DNA of 62,966 nt, filler included, from Intoshia linei (lineage: Eukaryota; Animalia; Orthonectida): the NCBI GenBank assembly GCA_001642005.1. It is 6 parts of 6 records of this genome, joined end to end, with 100 filler letters (N's around TTAATTAATTAA, not from the genome) between each part and the next. Parts side by side here need not be neighbours in the genome. Positions count along the whole stretch, not along the records: positions 26,876 to 46,503 come from LWCA01000725.1; positions 46,604 to 58,907 come from LWCA01001088.1; 4 more parts are not named here. One strand, written 5' to 3'. The first letter of the stretch is position 1. Every line of letters begins with the position of its first letter. A model generated the notes under the pieces. That model was given only the letters and a program-made list of their open reading frames with translations. It was not told the DNA's origin and made no database searches. The position numbers and the translations under genes were made by a program. This document shows, in pieces, positions 39,501 to 54,219 of the stretch.

Positions 39501-42351
39501 ATTATGTACATAATCATGTATATTAATATCAAACTTTTTATTTGGATTAATAGTGTTCTATTAGCGTTTAATCATTAAAAATGCTATATACCTTTTCAAT
39601 TTCAAAATTGTACAAAAATTTTCCACGCTTTTTTTCTAACAAAATCACCAATGGGTTACTATCGGAAGTAGTTTTTTGAGTACGAAAATATTTGAATAAA
39701 ATTATTTTTTGTTGGAGGAAATTTTCATAGTTATTTGATGACTATTTTGATAGTTTGATGTATTGATGAATAAGTTGTACATTAACTAGTAACTATTACA
39801 CGTAAGTATTAATTGTATTTATATTCTAAAATTGAGATATTTGGACGGACAATGAATATTTTTTTAATTTTATTTATATCAATTAGAATGAACCTGTATG
39901 AATATATAAAGAAAAATAATTATAATGGATTTAATATGCTTACTGTCCACAGTATCGCGACTCAATTGTTGGATTGTTTGAAATTATTATACGAAAACAA
40001 AATTATTCATTGTGATTTGAAACCTGTACTTTATATTAATCTTTTATTATATTTAAATTATATATAAATATTTTATTAATTAATTAATGATATTTATCCT
40101 TAATTTATACAAAATGCCATTTTTGTGTATTATCATAAAAATTGCAAATTCTTAAACAGTCATATTACAATTTTAGTTTCTTATTATAATTTTTTGGGAA
40201 TTATTACATTAAAATGAAATCTAGGCATCTTAAAATTGTATAATTCGGGTCTCACTATTATATCGTATCTTTTTGAACCTAAGCCAAAGTAAAAACATTT
40301 GAAAAAAATGATGTTTAAAAATTTTTTAATATTACATATTTAAATTATGTAAAATAGGAAAATATTTTGCTAAATAAAAGCAACCAGTTGCAAATTAAAG
40401 TCATAGATTTTGGATCAAGTTGTTACGAATCCAGTAGAGGTAAATATTACATATAATTATGTAAATTATGACACCATGTGTCTTAATTTTTACGTTATTT
40501 TCTAGTGGTCCATTCTCTACTCTAAAATTCATAATAGTAAAAATTAAATTGATATATTACATTATTTTTTTAGTTTAATGAGCCTAAATTCTATATTTAA
40601 CGATAATTAAAAAATATCTGCAAATAAAACATATTTAAACACTATTTACACTGAACAATAGGGTGTCACATTTTTTGGAAAATTTTAGAATTCGATGGGC
40701 AATTAGCACTACAAATGTATTTATAAAATAGAAAAACTAATTCGCTACCAAAAACATTTAACGCTATCTATTCGAGTTGCGTTTGTCATTTCAAACATCA
40801 CTGCATAAATATTAAGGAGAAATTAAAACTGAACTTTATTTTAACTGAAATTGGCGTTCGAGATTTTAAACGTGGTACCGACTTTATAATATTGTTCTTC
40901 ATGTTTAGTTATAAAGTTTATTTTTTTAAATTTGTTTGTAGCTCAATTTTTTTGGATTTTTTTGTAGTGTTCCCATTGTCAAGTGAGAGTGTGTGTAAAG
41001 AATATTGTGATTCGAAAATATTTCTAAGTTTATGTCTTAAGATTCATGAATCAAAAAATTTTCATCTAATCGCCACATTTTTTTATTTAAGAAGACTTGA
41101 GCCTACCCTGATCATTTCTCCATGTCACGTCCGTGATAAACACGTTTTTATCATCACTGTTATATAGTGTATTCATATATATTGATATAGTATATATCTA
41201 TGTTTATTTTGTATTATGTATATATTTATTATTTATTGTTATTTTTAGTTTATACATATATCCAGAGTCGATTCTATCGATCACCGGAAATAATTTTGGG
41301 AGAATCATATACAATGTCGATTGACATGTGGAGCTTTGCATGTATTTTAGCTGAAGTTCATACGGGTCGTCCTATATTTCCAGGCGAAAATGAATTGGAA
41401 CAATTACTCTATTTTATAGAAGTTTTCGGGTATCCTAGCCATGCTGTTTTAAAAAAAAGTTCAAGAAGTCGACTTTTTTTTGGTAATTTTTTAATTTCTT
41501 TGATAATATGAATTTAGATTCGAAAGGACGAATAAGATGTGCCACCAATAGTAAAGGAAAACGCAGGTGGCCAAATGCAAAATTATTATCAAATGTATTA
41601 AAGACCAACGATGAAAACTTTATAAATTTTATGCAACAATGTTTTCAGTAAGTTTTTCCATCATTATGAATGATTTTATTTTCACATCGTAATGATTAGA
41701 ATCTAATCATTAGATGCTACAATGTAGTAAGCGGTAAAAATTAAAAATCTGAAAGTGACCACTTTTGTGAGGATTTCAATTAATTAATTGATTAATTGTT
41801 TTTTACACATTAGATTACGAATAATTAATTAATTAAATTAATTATTTTAAAACAGTATACAATTTTTGACTTATTTCTTATAAATTATGTACATTATGTA
41901 ATAAAATTTTATTCAAAATTGAAATTATAAAAACTACAGTGCAGTGTAGTTACTACATATTTTATTTTGAATTTTCATTTTTAAAAGCAGTCTGTGTTTG
42001 CTATACAATTTTATAATTTTATCATATAATACTATAGATGGGATAGTAAAAAACGGTTAAAGCCAAAAGACGCAAGCAGTCACCCATGGATCACAAATAT
42101 AAATGACCGATTCACCGAAAAATTCGATCAAATGAATAATACCGACTGCAGAAGCATTTATAAAGAAAAAGTGTCCCATACACCACCATTTATGCAAAAT
42201 GGTCAATAAAAATTGGAATAAATTATTTTTTTAAATAAAAAATGTATTGCCTCAAAAAATTTTTAGTTATTGATTTATGATGTTTTTTTCAGAAATACTC
42301 AAATATAATATGTCTGAAATGATTAAAAAGCCAAAATATTACCTAAATTAA
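36545..42351 (+). CDS. DYRK4: Class II dual-specificity tyrosine-regulated kinase (DYRK4-like; DYRK2/3/4 family); start and last exon uncertain (stop at 42209 or 42351)
   Basis: [19 protein letters not shown] (NAPA-like), DH box [82 protein letters not shown]. Exons near 37273, 37761, 39271, 39887, 40358, 41249, 41518, 42038. Confidence 0.9.
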
Positions 42352-44626
42352 ATTAATCACGATTAGTGCTATTAATAATTAAAGATTGTAACTATTGTAC
42401 CTAAAAACAGTTCAAGAAACTTGACATTTATACATTTAAATTAAGTTGTTGATGTAAAAATTGATACTATTCAAATAACGTACTTAAAAATTAAACTAGT
42501 AGTGTATAAAAGTAAATATATTATAAATAAAGTTAATCCAGAAAAAATTTAAGAATATAATGTATTTTTAATAGATATAACATATATTATCATAATCATA
42601 TTAACATGTTAATATTTAAATATAAAACTAGGTCATACAAAATTATTGGAATTATTGTTATTTCTCTATTGTTTATCACATGCACAAATGCTGAAGCTAA
42701 CAATACTTTAGGTAAAGGTTAAATAAAGATGAAAATTTTCAATTTTATTTAATTATTCATCATTATAATGGAGTCTAAACCTTATTCCGTGTGACTCCAT
42801 TTTATTAATGAAAAAATTTCGTTACCTTAAATGAAAATTTAATTTCTGATTACATGTGTAATACCAATTTTTTAATGTCATGTTTGAGGTCAATGGCGAA
42901 CCTATTGTCGCGCTCAGCTGTTAAGTAGCCATTAATTACAATTGACCAATCTATATTTATAAAATACTTTTAATCCAGTAAAATTGATAAAATTACCTGA
43001 ATTTTAAAATTCATTTACATTTTTAATTTAATTTTATAAAAAATGTTTATTCCATATATAGAATATAGTAATTGATAATATATTGATATATAATTATAAT
43101 ATAATTTATTATAATTATAATGACGTTTTGATTAATTTTACATGATGAATTAAATAATAAAATGTATAATTTAGCATGTAAATAACGTTGAATAAAAATT
43201 ATCTGAATAGATTTATTTATAATATTAATAATATAATATCATAATTATTATATTATAGTTAGTAATTATATATTATTGTATGTGAACAATGTTCATTGAA
43301 CATGTAGATTTTTATGAGACTTTTTACATTTCATATAAACATTAGCTAGCTCTTTGACGAAGGAATAGTTAACTGTACTATCTACATATTATGAACATTT
43401 TCATTGGTTTCAATTTAATTTGATTTTACATGTTAAAAAATGATATTAAAAAAGTCCCAGAATTTATTTTTAAAAAAAGGTAATTTTGACTTTTTTCATG
43501 GTTACGAGCATTTTTGAATTTGAAATTTATCTTAATTTTTTCCCTGGAAAAATCAAACTAGAATTTGTTTTTGAAATTTCTGTGACTTAGTTTTATAAAT
43601 GATTATACACAGACAGACATTTACAGCAAATTTTAATTTATACAAGTAAGAATCTTAAGAAAAATAATTAAATTTTATAATATTTTTCTTTTAGTCAGTA
43701 ATAATTCTTTTATTTATTATATACAATATATATACAATTTTGTATTTAACTATTATAAAATACAGACTAAAAAATAATACATTGATTTATATTTATATTG
43801 ATTTATATATTCATATTAAATTGGAGCAAACCATTTTAGAACGTAATATTAAATATTTTAAATTGAAACAGACACTGCGATTGTTACACCTTAATCTCAA
43901 TTGAATTTGGGTAAAAAATATCAAAATTACGTAAAATTGCAACAATCATTTAATAGCAGCCTTTAACTAAATTTAATTTGCATACTAACACGAGTGCAAA
44001 CAGAACTGTCAAAATCTTGTCAACATGTTCTTCGGACCGTGTTGCAAAACTTTACTACATTTTATTTTATGGCGATTTAATGACAGTTCTGAAACATTGT
44101 AGAAAATGGTATAAATAACTTAAAAAACAAGTAAAAATAATTTTTTTAAAACTCGTTACTATTACATATATTTATTTGACAAAATTAAAATACAAGTCAA
44201 TGTAATTTACAACTATCCAATATAATATATATTTAAAATTATTTTTAGACAAAAATCGTAAGTTTGACATTTAACATGTATTGAAATATACTTTCTATGG
44301 GTGTATGTGTGTGGTAACGTCTATCCAGACTTTTTTAAAATGACGGGATACATATCAAATTTAAAAGTTGACACGGACCCATAAATTATGGTTTTTCACT
44401 TTCTTTGGATCTTGACCAATTTTCAAATTATGATTTATCGAGTCCTTTCTTTGCTTCAAACCAAAAAAAGTGAGATAATTTTTAAAAAATTGACTTTGGA
44501 ATATAATTTGGAACATGGATAGACACTTTTCATTGTATATGTTTTAACAAATACATTATTCAACTATAGACGTTTAACATAATTTATAAAACTGACATAT
44601 TATAACGTGAATAAAAATATAATGAA

Positions 44627-45240
44627 CATGGTTGACTGTTATGTACTACGTACAAACAGGACCTAGCTCTACCGAGGGCACATTTTTATTATACTTAAAA
44701 AATAAATTCACGTTGAAAATCTAACTTAAAAATCCTACTATTCACTATTATCAATTCTTTAAATAAAGTGGTTCCCAAATTTGTTTCAGGTGGAACCATC
44801 ATATCACATTACTTATTACTTTAAAGTGAATTATCATATCTTAATTTTATGTTTGTTAACATTTGCGTAAAGAATTTTAGAAACAATTGTTATCCCATTT
44901 TTTTATTTATTAGACAGAATGTGTGTATAATATTAAAAATAAAGTAAAAACAGTCCAATACTAAAAATTGTCATAAAGGTGTGAGTTTTGGAAATTGAAA
45001 TTTATATTATTATATGTAAAAATTGTCATATATAGCATAAAAAAGATTTTTAAAAAAAGACAATTGGGGTTTTTGACCCTTAAGATGTGAATTTGGTTGA
45101 TTGAAATTTATTTTGCGAACACCCCCGGAAAAACTGTAATTGAAGTGTGGACTTTATAAAATTCTAAGATGGGTATTTATTTAAATAAAGTGGAACACAC
45201 AAACAAACAAAAATAGCGTAGCATTTTATATAGGTAAGGA
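44627..45240 (-). mobile_element. Near-complete non-autonomous Helitron (614 bp; terminal CTAG reads CATG)
   Basis: gttgactgttatgtactacgtacaaacaggacctagctctaccgagggc ... gtaagga|t. Confidence 0.82.
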
Positions 45241-47054
45241 TTTTATTTACGTTAATTAAAAAACTTTTTCAGTTTATTGTACTTATATTGAATTAGAATT
45301 TATCGTATACACCCTAATTAAATTTTTAATTTCTTTAAACATTTTTAATATTTAATTTTATTTTTTACATAGAAAGTGACAGTAATTAAAATCAAACCAT
45401 ATTCAATAGTCTTAATTTTTATTTGGCATAACGTACATACAATTTCAAATTATAACAATAAATCTTTAAATAGAAGGTAAGTATTTTCAGTACAATGCAT
45501 TTAGTGGTGGTATCCACATTAAGAAATACTGTTAGCTGTTATATATTCTCAAAAATATTAAATTATATATAATTATGATATTAGATCCAAGTAATAATTT
45601 TATTTTGACATCATTATAATTAAATATAAATTACCTATAAATATAATGAATATCGGGTTAATTAGTTTGAATTTTTAAATGATAAAAATAAAAAAACTCG
45701 AATTATTCAGTGGTCATTCACTTCTATATAACTATTATATTTTTTAGTTATAAAATTCACTTAATTCATAACTGAATTATAATGCACAGTCCTTGGAATT
45801 AACTGGTCTGACTTCTAGTGGGACAGTCGTACCAATATTTATATTTATATATTAATTAATGATTAATTAATTATGTGATTTATATTAGTAATCGGTAATT
45901 GATAAATATTAGATATACATAGCACAATATTACTATAATTTAATAAAATATAATCATATCAGAAAAAATTTAAATTTAAGAATATATAACATTATAAAAT
46001 ATTTATTTAAAGGCGTTAAAGGATATTTGTTTGATTTTTTTTAATTAAAAAACTATTAATACAATAGATAATCTATATATACATTAGGGCTGTTCGTTTT
46101 TTAATTAAATTGATTTTTGTTAAAAATAAGTTTAAAATAAAAAAATGAAATATTTAACCTCACAGGGCGTTTTTTCCATAAAAAGGGGTTTTTGTAATAT
46201 TGGTCAAATATAAAAATTCCAAAATTTATAATTACTAAAAATTTATTTTAACTGTGAAAATTTGAGTGTGTCATTATAAAATTCAGTTATTTACGTTTTA
46301 AATACATTTTAATAGAAAAAAGTAATATGAACTTTCTAGAAGCGTGCTAAAAAATTGAACTGTGTTTATTCTAATGAATTAATTTTTATAAAATTGTATG
46401 AAGATATGTAAAATGTGACGCAGATTCGTGACAGGTGAGTTTAGTTTTATTTGTATTATTAGTTTCTGCGTTTTAATTAATTAAAATCACAAAAAATAAC
46501 GAANNNNNNNNNNNNNNNNNNNNNNNNNNNNNNNNNNNNNNNNNNNNTTAATTAATTAANNNNNNNNNNNNNNNNNNNNNNNNNNNNNNNNNNNNNNNNN
46601 NNNAATTAATTTTTATTAATTAATAAATTTAAAGTGATCCAAATTAAACGATATAAAATGTGTTTTTATAAAATTTAAATTTATTAAAACTTCACTTTAT
46701 TAAGAAAGTGAAAAATTACAAGTAAAATATTGACTAAAATTATCTATGGTATTTATGGAGTACGTATTTAGTACTTATAAAAATACGTACTTTTTTTAAA
46801 ATAAGTACTTATGGACACACTACTTTAATGCATGTTATGTTAATTATACATTTTTAAAATTTTAACGTACATGAGAAAGGCAAACTCGTATATAAATTTT
46901 CTAATAACAGTCTTCAACATTGATCAATTTTTCTTTGTGTTTTGATTTTATTTAATTTTTGAATTATAGACTAATTATCGACGTAGTTTATGCATATTAC
47001 ATTTCACATAAATAATACTTAAGTAGCGATGAACGAAATTAATGAAATGAATTG

Positions 47055-47090
47055 GGCGGAGTATATATTATAGTTTGCACATAACCAATT
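47055..47090 (+). promoter_or_regulatory. Candidate promoter: GGCGGA plus AACCAATT about 200 nt upstream of SIX gene A
   Basis: The same motif pair recurs upstream of SIX gene B. Confidence 0.45.
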
Positions 47091-47256
47091 GCATTGTGTG
47101 ATAATGTTAACATTGACGCAAATTTTCATTAAAACATATAAATCTGACATGAACGTCTTAATGTACATCCCATATTTTAATAAAAATTATTTAGCGTTGT
47201 TGTATTTAAATTAAAAATATACTGAAATTAAATTATCTTTAAAAATTGTGTATATA

Positions 47257-50200
47257 ATGTCTGACGAGATATTAAATTATAGCTTCAATACTGAAAATAA
47301 GATTAACGATAACCTAGAAATAGATTTAATTACAGATGAATATATAAAAAAAACAAACTCGCAAGTTGAAGATTCATCTACAAACCGTGAAACTAAAGAA
47401 TTAAATAATGAAAATAAAATTTTATATTCACCCTGCAATATTACTTGTATATGCGAATTTTTGGAACATAAAAAGGATTGGCAAAAATTATCAATATGGA
47501 TAAAATATATCAATGATTGTCAAATTAATAGCATTTTAATTCCAAGTTCTAATCAACAACTCAGACAAGAAATTTATTATTTATATCAATCTATTCTCCG
47601 GGCAAAAGCATTTCTATTCTTTCATAAACAGGAATATGATAAAGTTGAAGAATTGATTCAAAATAATAATTTTGATTGTAAACATCATACTATACTTCAA
47701 AAATTGTGGTATGATGCTCATTATGCAAAAACGTCAATGGTCAGGTTTATATATTTAATCATTTTATACTCGTCGCTGCTGAAACTTTTTAATTTATGGA
47801 TCAGATAAAATAATAACGACAAATCGAATGTACTAAAAATTTATATTTTTTATTTCTATCGGATTAACAAAAAATAAAAATTGAAAATATCAGTATTTGC
47901 CACGTTTAACCACCCTTAATCATTAAATTTTAATGAGAAAATTGCACTTAAAATTATTGACAAATGATTCTGGCAAAAATATAAAATTTGATGGAAACTG
48001 ACCAGTCATTCCGAACCTACCTTACCAGAGTACTCTTGTTTTATACTTTTTTTATTTTTATTTTGGAAATTTTTGTAAAATGGGGGCTCATTTTCCTAAA
48101 TTGAGCATTAAAAAAAATATATTTTTGAATATCATAACTATATTGATAACGGTTTGATGACTAGTTTTATTTGTAGATGGATTGACTTGAAAAATTTCAA
48201 CCTGAGCGGTCAGTTTTTTATTTTCGCCGTAATATCATCAAAGATGCTTTCCAGTCCCTTTTTCTTGTCATTTCTTTTTCACCTATAACACAATAAGCAA
48301 TATATATGCTCTAATAATGTTTTAAATCAATAATCTTAGATATTGTACCGTTCAAATTTAAATACCCATCGAGATTTCCAATTATCTATAAAATACAAAA
48401 TTATGGAATTATCATATTCCATAGTTTTATGGATAGCGATCAAAGAATTTATCTAGTCCAAATTTATGTTCAATCCAATATAAACGACAAATTTTTGGTG
48501 AATTTCGAACAATCGAGGAGGTTAATTTCTGAGATTGAAACCTAGATTCTTGAATTGAGTCAAATTATATTTTTTTTGTAACTTTGGTTGACTTAATTAA
48601 TAATTTCACAATTTATGACCAAAAAAGTGTACTATCGATATCTACGATTCTTAGTTTTCATTTTTAATTTAATTTAATATTTTATAAATTAAAAAATTTT
48701 GGTGGAAAAATGTGTTTTTAATCGCGAAGATGCAAAATTCTGATAATGAAATACCCACTGAAATGTTATATTGACTAAAAATTTTTTAAATGGTCATGTT
48801 TTAACATCAATAGAAGAAATATTTTGCATTCCCCTAGAAAATTGTACTTACAGAAACTTTACGAAACACTCATAATGAGAATAGGTATTTTTGAATACTG
48901 AACAGTGTTCAGTGTTACGTTTTTTTTTATATTCAAAGAACAATGGGACCACTATTATACATTAATTTTTAAAATTGCCACCATTTTATCGAGGCCTGAT
49001 CGGGTACTACTGATTCATTACGGCAAATCAATAATTACTGATTACAAAAATTTCATGAAATCAGATTTTTTTTAGAAAACGAGCATTGTGTCCTGTTGAT
49101 AAATATAGAATAAGAAGAAAATATCCCTTACCAACCAGTATATGGGACGGAGACGAAACAATTTATTGTTTTAAACAAAAATCGAGACGGATTTTGATGT
49201 CATATTACGAAAATGACAGGTAATATACTCTATAACAGGGTAATCACCTTTTTTAGGCTAACGCCCCTAAAAATTTAAAAAAAAATAGTGTATTTATGAA
49301 TAAACAATGCAATTTTAAATTGAATGTATAGATTTTCGAGAGTTTAAATTACATAATATTTGAGATTGTTTTATTTATAAATTGATTAATGGGAACCTTA
49401 AGCTTTATGATTCCAAGAAATATTTTTATATCCGATATCAACTTGGTCAAATTTAATCAAATGTCTCCGCGATTAACAATATTTTATCGGTTCCTCTTAG
49501 TGAGTATATTTACAGCTGAATTAAACATAGATTCTACAGGGTATGTTGAAGGGAACACTAAAAATAACAATTATGTTTTGTTCTACATTTTATGTAGCCA
49601 TCTTTGAAAAATACTAAAGATGTTTCATCATTTTTTAATTCGACCAATTCTTCGTGATATTTCACGGCAGCTTGAATTATATCAGTAACCCCTTCAGTAA
49701 TAATTACCCCTTTTCAAAATTGTTTAGAAAATTTAAATTTATATATTATTTAAAATTTATATTGTCATTTACATTATAATGTTTAATTCCAGATACCCCA
49801 ACCCAACCGATAAAAAAGCTTTATCAATACAAACAAAATTATCGTTTACTCAAGTGAGCAATTGGTTTAAAAACAGACGTCAAAGAGATCGAATGCAATT
49901 AAAATATAAAAAAGAACATTATGGACAATTTTCTCATTTTTTATCTGATACACCTCAAAAAATTATAGAACAAAAGTATGATGAAAATGTACCAAATTTT
50001 CCAAAGTACGAAAAGTATTTTTATAAGTTGTAAATTAATGTAGTACAATTATTAATATTATTATTATGTTATGACAGAATCAGCCACTGCGCAAAATAAT
50101 TTTTAGGGTACGTATAACTTTTTTTATATAGTTTTTTTACGAAAATGTTTTTTAACATTGTAAATAAATAAACATTTTCTTACTTTATTTATTAAATTGA

Positions 50201-51928
50201 CAGTATTGTATTTATAATTTTCCAGTTTTGTAGTTCATCAATCTTTTATATCGCCATAATTTTTTTTGAAAATTTTATTTTATTTACAATTGTTAATTTA
50301 TATATTTGAATTTATTAACAAGGGGGGACAAAGGTATGAAATTTTTTAAAATAAAAATTAATATTATTATATGCGATTTATATGGTTATTGTTTCTTTAT
50401 ATGTTGTAAAATTATTTACTGTATCAAAAGTATGTCAAGTAAAAAGTTGTTATTCACAGCATTGGTGAATTAGAGAGAATACTGTAGATTCTATCTGGTA
50501 ATATAATGGTAATATGCGTATTTGATAGGGAATTTACTGAGTTTGATGTGTATCTTAATCAATCGATACGAAAAAAGTGTCAAAAATTATATTTTTTGTA
50601 ATCATACACAGTTTTTGAGATATACCGTTTTTGTAAATTTGAAGGACCCTGGGTTTACACAACTATATTTCATTAACTAAAAAAGCAATATTTTTATAAA
50701 ACGTAGCATTTGAACGACTACATTTTTGGTTTCAATCGTACGATAATTCGATTATAATTAGTACATTGTAATTAATTAAAAAACCATCCAAAAAATAATT
50801 AAAAAAAATTACTAAAATGTACAATACTTAAAAACAATGTACATTGTACGATGTATTTGTTATGTTTTTATTTTTATATATCCATTATATATTGAATTTA
50901 ATTATAAATTATTTAATGATATTCTAAACAGAACCATATACCTTTTAGCACGTTTTTGAGCTAATCTTTTTAATAGACAGATATTCAATATTATAAAAGT
51001 AAGGACATGGAATTGTGAAAAAGTTATAAATAAATCATATATAAAAGATCCCGGAATATGGTATTAAAATTAATTCAATAATATACTCTAAAAATTAAAA
51101 AATTCCATTCAACCTAGTTAAAAACAATGCAACTACCTTTTAAGGTGACCCTAACATTTAACAAACCTTTCTTAATCGTTGAATAATTATATATTTTGAA
51201 ATTTGATTCCATATGCGACAAATGGAAAAATTTACATGGCGAAATTAGTATAATGTGAAAAACTTGAATAAAAAATAAAATTGTTGTGTGTCGAAAAGTA
51301 ATTGAATAATTAATAATACATCTGTAATTCATATGTTAGTTACATCTGATTGTCATAATTTTACTGTAATTCTTTATTTATCCAGTAAAACTGTCATTTT
51401 ATATGTACAATTAAATTAAATTATTTTAGAATGTATGATAACGGAATGTATAATACATTTTCAAATACAGAAGTTAAACGAAATTATAACAGTTACAATA
51501 AATATCTAAACCCCCTTTATAATATAAATCACAACGTTACACAACCACTAAATCATCTGAATCCATGTGTTTATTCACGTGCAACAACACCAGCAGCACC
51601 AATAACACTTTTCCATCAGATTTATAATCATCCTAATTCGGATGGTTTATATTCCAATTCATATGAAACACCAAACGCGAATTTATGTAATTTTGAAAGA
51701 AATCAACAAACGTATATAGGAAAAAACCCACAAAATGTTATTTACAACCAACCTGTACTAAACCAAACCTGTTCACCTTCAAGATATGTTTTTAATCAAA
51801 ATGTTTGCTTTATTCAAAGCAATTATACTCACACCTCGGTTATTGATTCAAATTCCGTCAATTACAATGTTTTAAACCATGAAAATTTACCATTTACAAC
51901 AAACTCTAATCATAATTTTCTAGAATAA
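47257..51928 (+). CDS. Six4/5: SIX-class homeobox protein A, Six4/5-like; exons 47257-47744, 49076-49219, 49793-50005, 51430-51928
   Basis: ILRAKA...[10 protein letters not shown]...[30 protein letters not shown]...[11 protein letters not shown]...[19 protein letters not shown] is closest to the Six4/5 diagnostic ETVY. All introns are phase 2. Confidence 0.92.
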
Positions 51929-54031
51929 TTTCAATAAATGTTTTTGCTTAATCTTTATTATTTTTATATTATTTTGATTCGTTTCATTTAGGGATCAACA
52001 AACTTTCATTAAGATAGCTTGCCAGTACGCCCATTACTTTCAATAATATTTATAATCATATTTCACTAGTTTTAACAATTCACTGGATATTGGTGTTGTC
52101 AATACACATAAACCATATAATAATCATTATTATAACTATTTTGTTGATGTAATTTAACACGCTAAATTCTGATAATGATAATTCTCCTTTATTAAAGATT
52201 TTCATTAATTTTATACATCAGTAAATTAATAAGTATTATGATTTCTAATTATTATAATAGATAAAGACAAAATATAATTCATTGTATCTGAAATTGGCGG
52301 ATAAATCTGTTTTACAATTACAAATGTCAATGGTTACGGGCAACCGTGGGCTCGCAAGTTCAAATCTCAAAATTATATATACATATATTTTTAACTGGGA
52401 TAGTCTTAATAATTTAATTTTTAATTAAAAATACAAGCATAATTATATAATTTTATAAAAGAAATTTTCCATATACGTGATATCGTGATAGTAGTTTAAA
52501 CCATTTTGAGTAATTTATTTTATTAATGATGCCCTTATTATGAGGGAAATAAGGCATGGAAAATCTTGACTAAACATGGCGAATAATAAAGTCTCCATTA
52601 TATTATTTTATTACATATTACAAATTTTTATATCAAATATATAAAGTACCAAAGAATTTTGTATGCACATTGAATATTTTTTCCGGAAGAGCTTGCTAAA
52701 ATAGAATTTTTCTGGTTGAATTAGGTTGAATAGGTCAAATTAAATCGGGGTCTCGTGCGCCATTTCTAAATATCGTATCGTATGTCCTATTATTTTTGAA
52801 TCCACAATAAACACGGAATTATACCTAGAAATAGTAAATAAATATTGTAATTGGAAATATGAAATTTTTAAAACTCGACTCATTTTACTTTATTAAATGA
52901 ACATAAACAGACAGACGTACATTTTTAACTAAATTACTTTATATAAGTAACAATTTACCGTTATAAAAAAAATTTTACAATTTAACATTTTATTTTACAT
53001 TTAAAATTTAGATTAGATATGATAAATACGTAATTATAAATGTGTGCCGTTTTTGTCTGTGCCGTCTTTACCATAATTCGAACGATTAATGAATTATATG
53101 TTACCAATTGTATTTTAACCCTTTCACTGTCTGTGTATTCTATACTATACGCTGCATAATTTTGAAAAACTTTATTCTTTTATTTTCATACATTTTTACA
53201 TAGGTAATTTAAAAATTATATAAGTTTAAATTAAAACATAAATTCCAGACAATAAAAGTGTTAAAATAAACATTATTAGTGAATTCGTAGATTATAAAAT
53301 GGAAACGATATAACTACAAAATTTTTCTAAAACGTGACATATATTGTATGATAAAACAGGGTTAGAGCACTTTTTATATTAATTTATTGGAACCTTGATT
53401 TTACGATAATTGCTTACACCTTATACCAATACCGTTCACTATAGTGTCATTTGGATTGTAAGAGTAAAAAATCTACCAACAAGAAAAAATCAACTTTTTT
53501 ATAATGTTTTTACCATAATTTACTGAGAAAAGCCATTTCACATTTTTGAAGGAAAACTCAAAAAAATGAAAATATTACTCAATGTTTAATTAAAAAATTT
53601 GTAAATAACAGTTTTAAGAGTGGGTGTCATACTGCCGTATGGCAACTTGATCAAACATTTAATACATTTAATATGTATAGACTAATTTGTCCAGTTATTC
53701 AGATGGCTGGTACATAGACAAAATTAAATCAATTTTTTTAAATTATTTAATTTTACATATTTTAAACGTTAAAATTTAAATGCGTAGTATAAAACATAAA
53801 CTTAATGACCCAAATTGGATCATCATGTACTTTCATGTTTTGGTATGAAATTTACAGTAACCTTGTAATATAAATTGTTAATTTCGCACGAAAATTAGAC
53901 TGAACAATTCCTGATTACACAAAAAAGATGAAATATAATATCTGCTCAAATAACAAAATTTAAATAATTAATTTTACTTTTAAAAATTGCGTATATGTAT
54001 ATTTTCACAAAATACAGAATAGATATTAGTA

Positions 54032-54060
54032 GGCGGAATAATTTGATATATCAACCAATT
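54032..54060 (+). promoter_or_regulatory. Candidate promoter: GGCGGA plus AACCAATT about 190 nt upstream of SIX gene B
   Basis: Mirrors 47055-47090. Confidence 0.45.
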
Positions 54061-54219
54061 ATCCATCAATGTAAATTGAAATAATTAAATTGCATCTGTA
54101 ATTATTCTAAAACAATGAATAGCCCAGTTTAAAACAATCGAGATACAAATGAGAAAAATCTAATGACACAATTATGTCATTATAATATTATCATATTACT
54201 GTTTAATTATAAAATTGAC

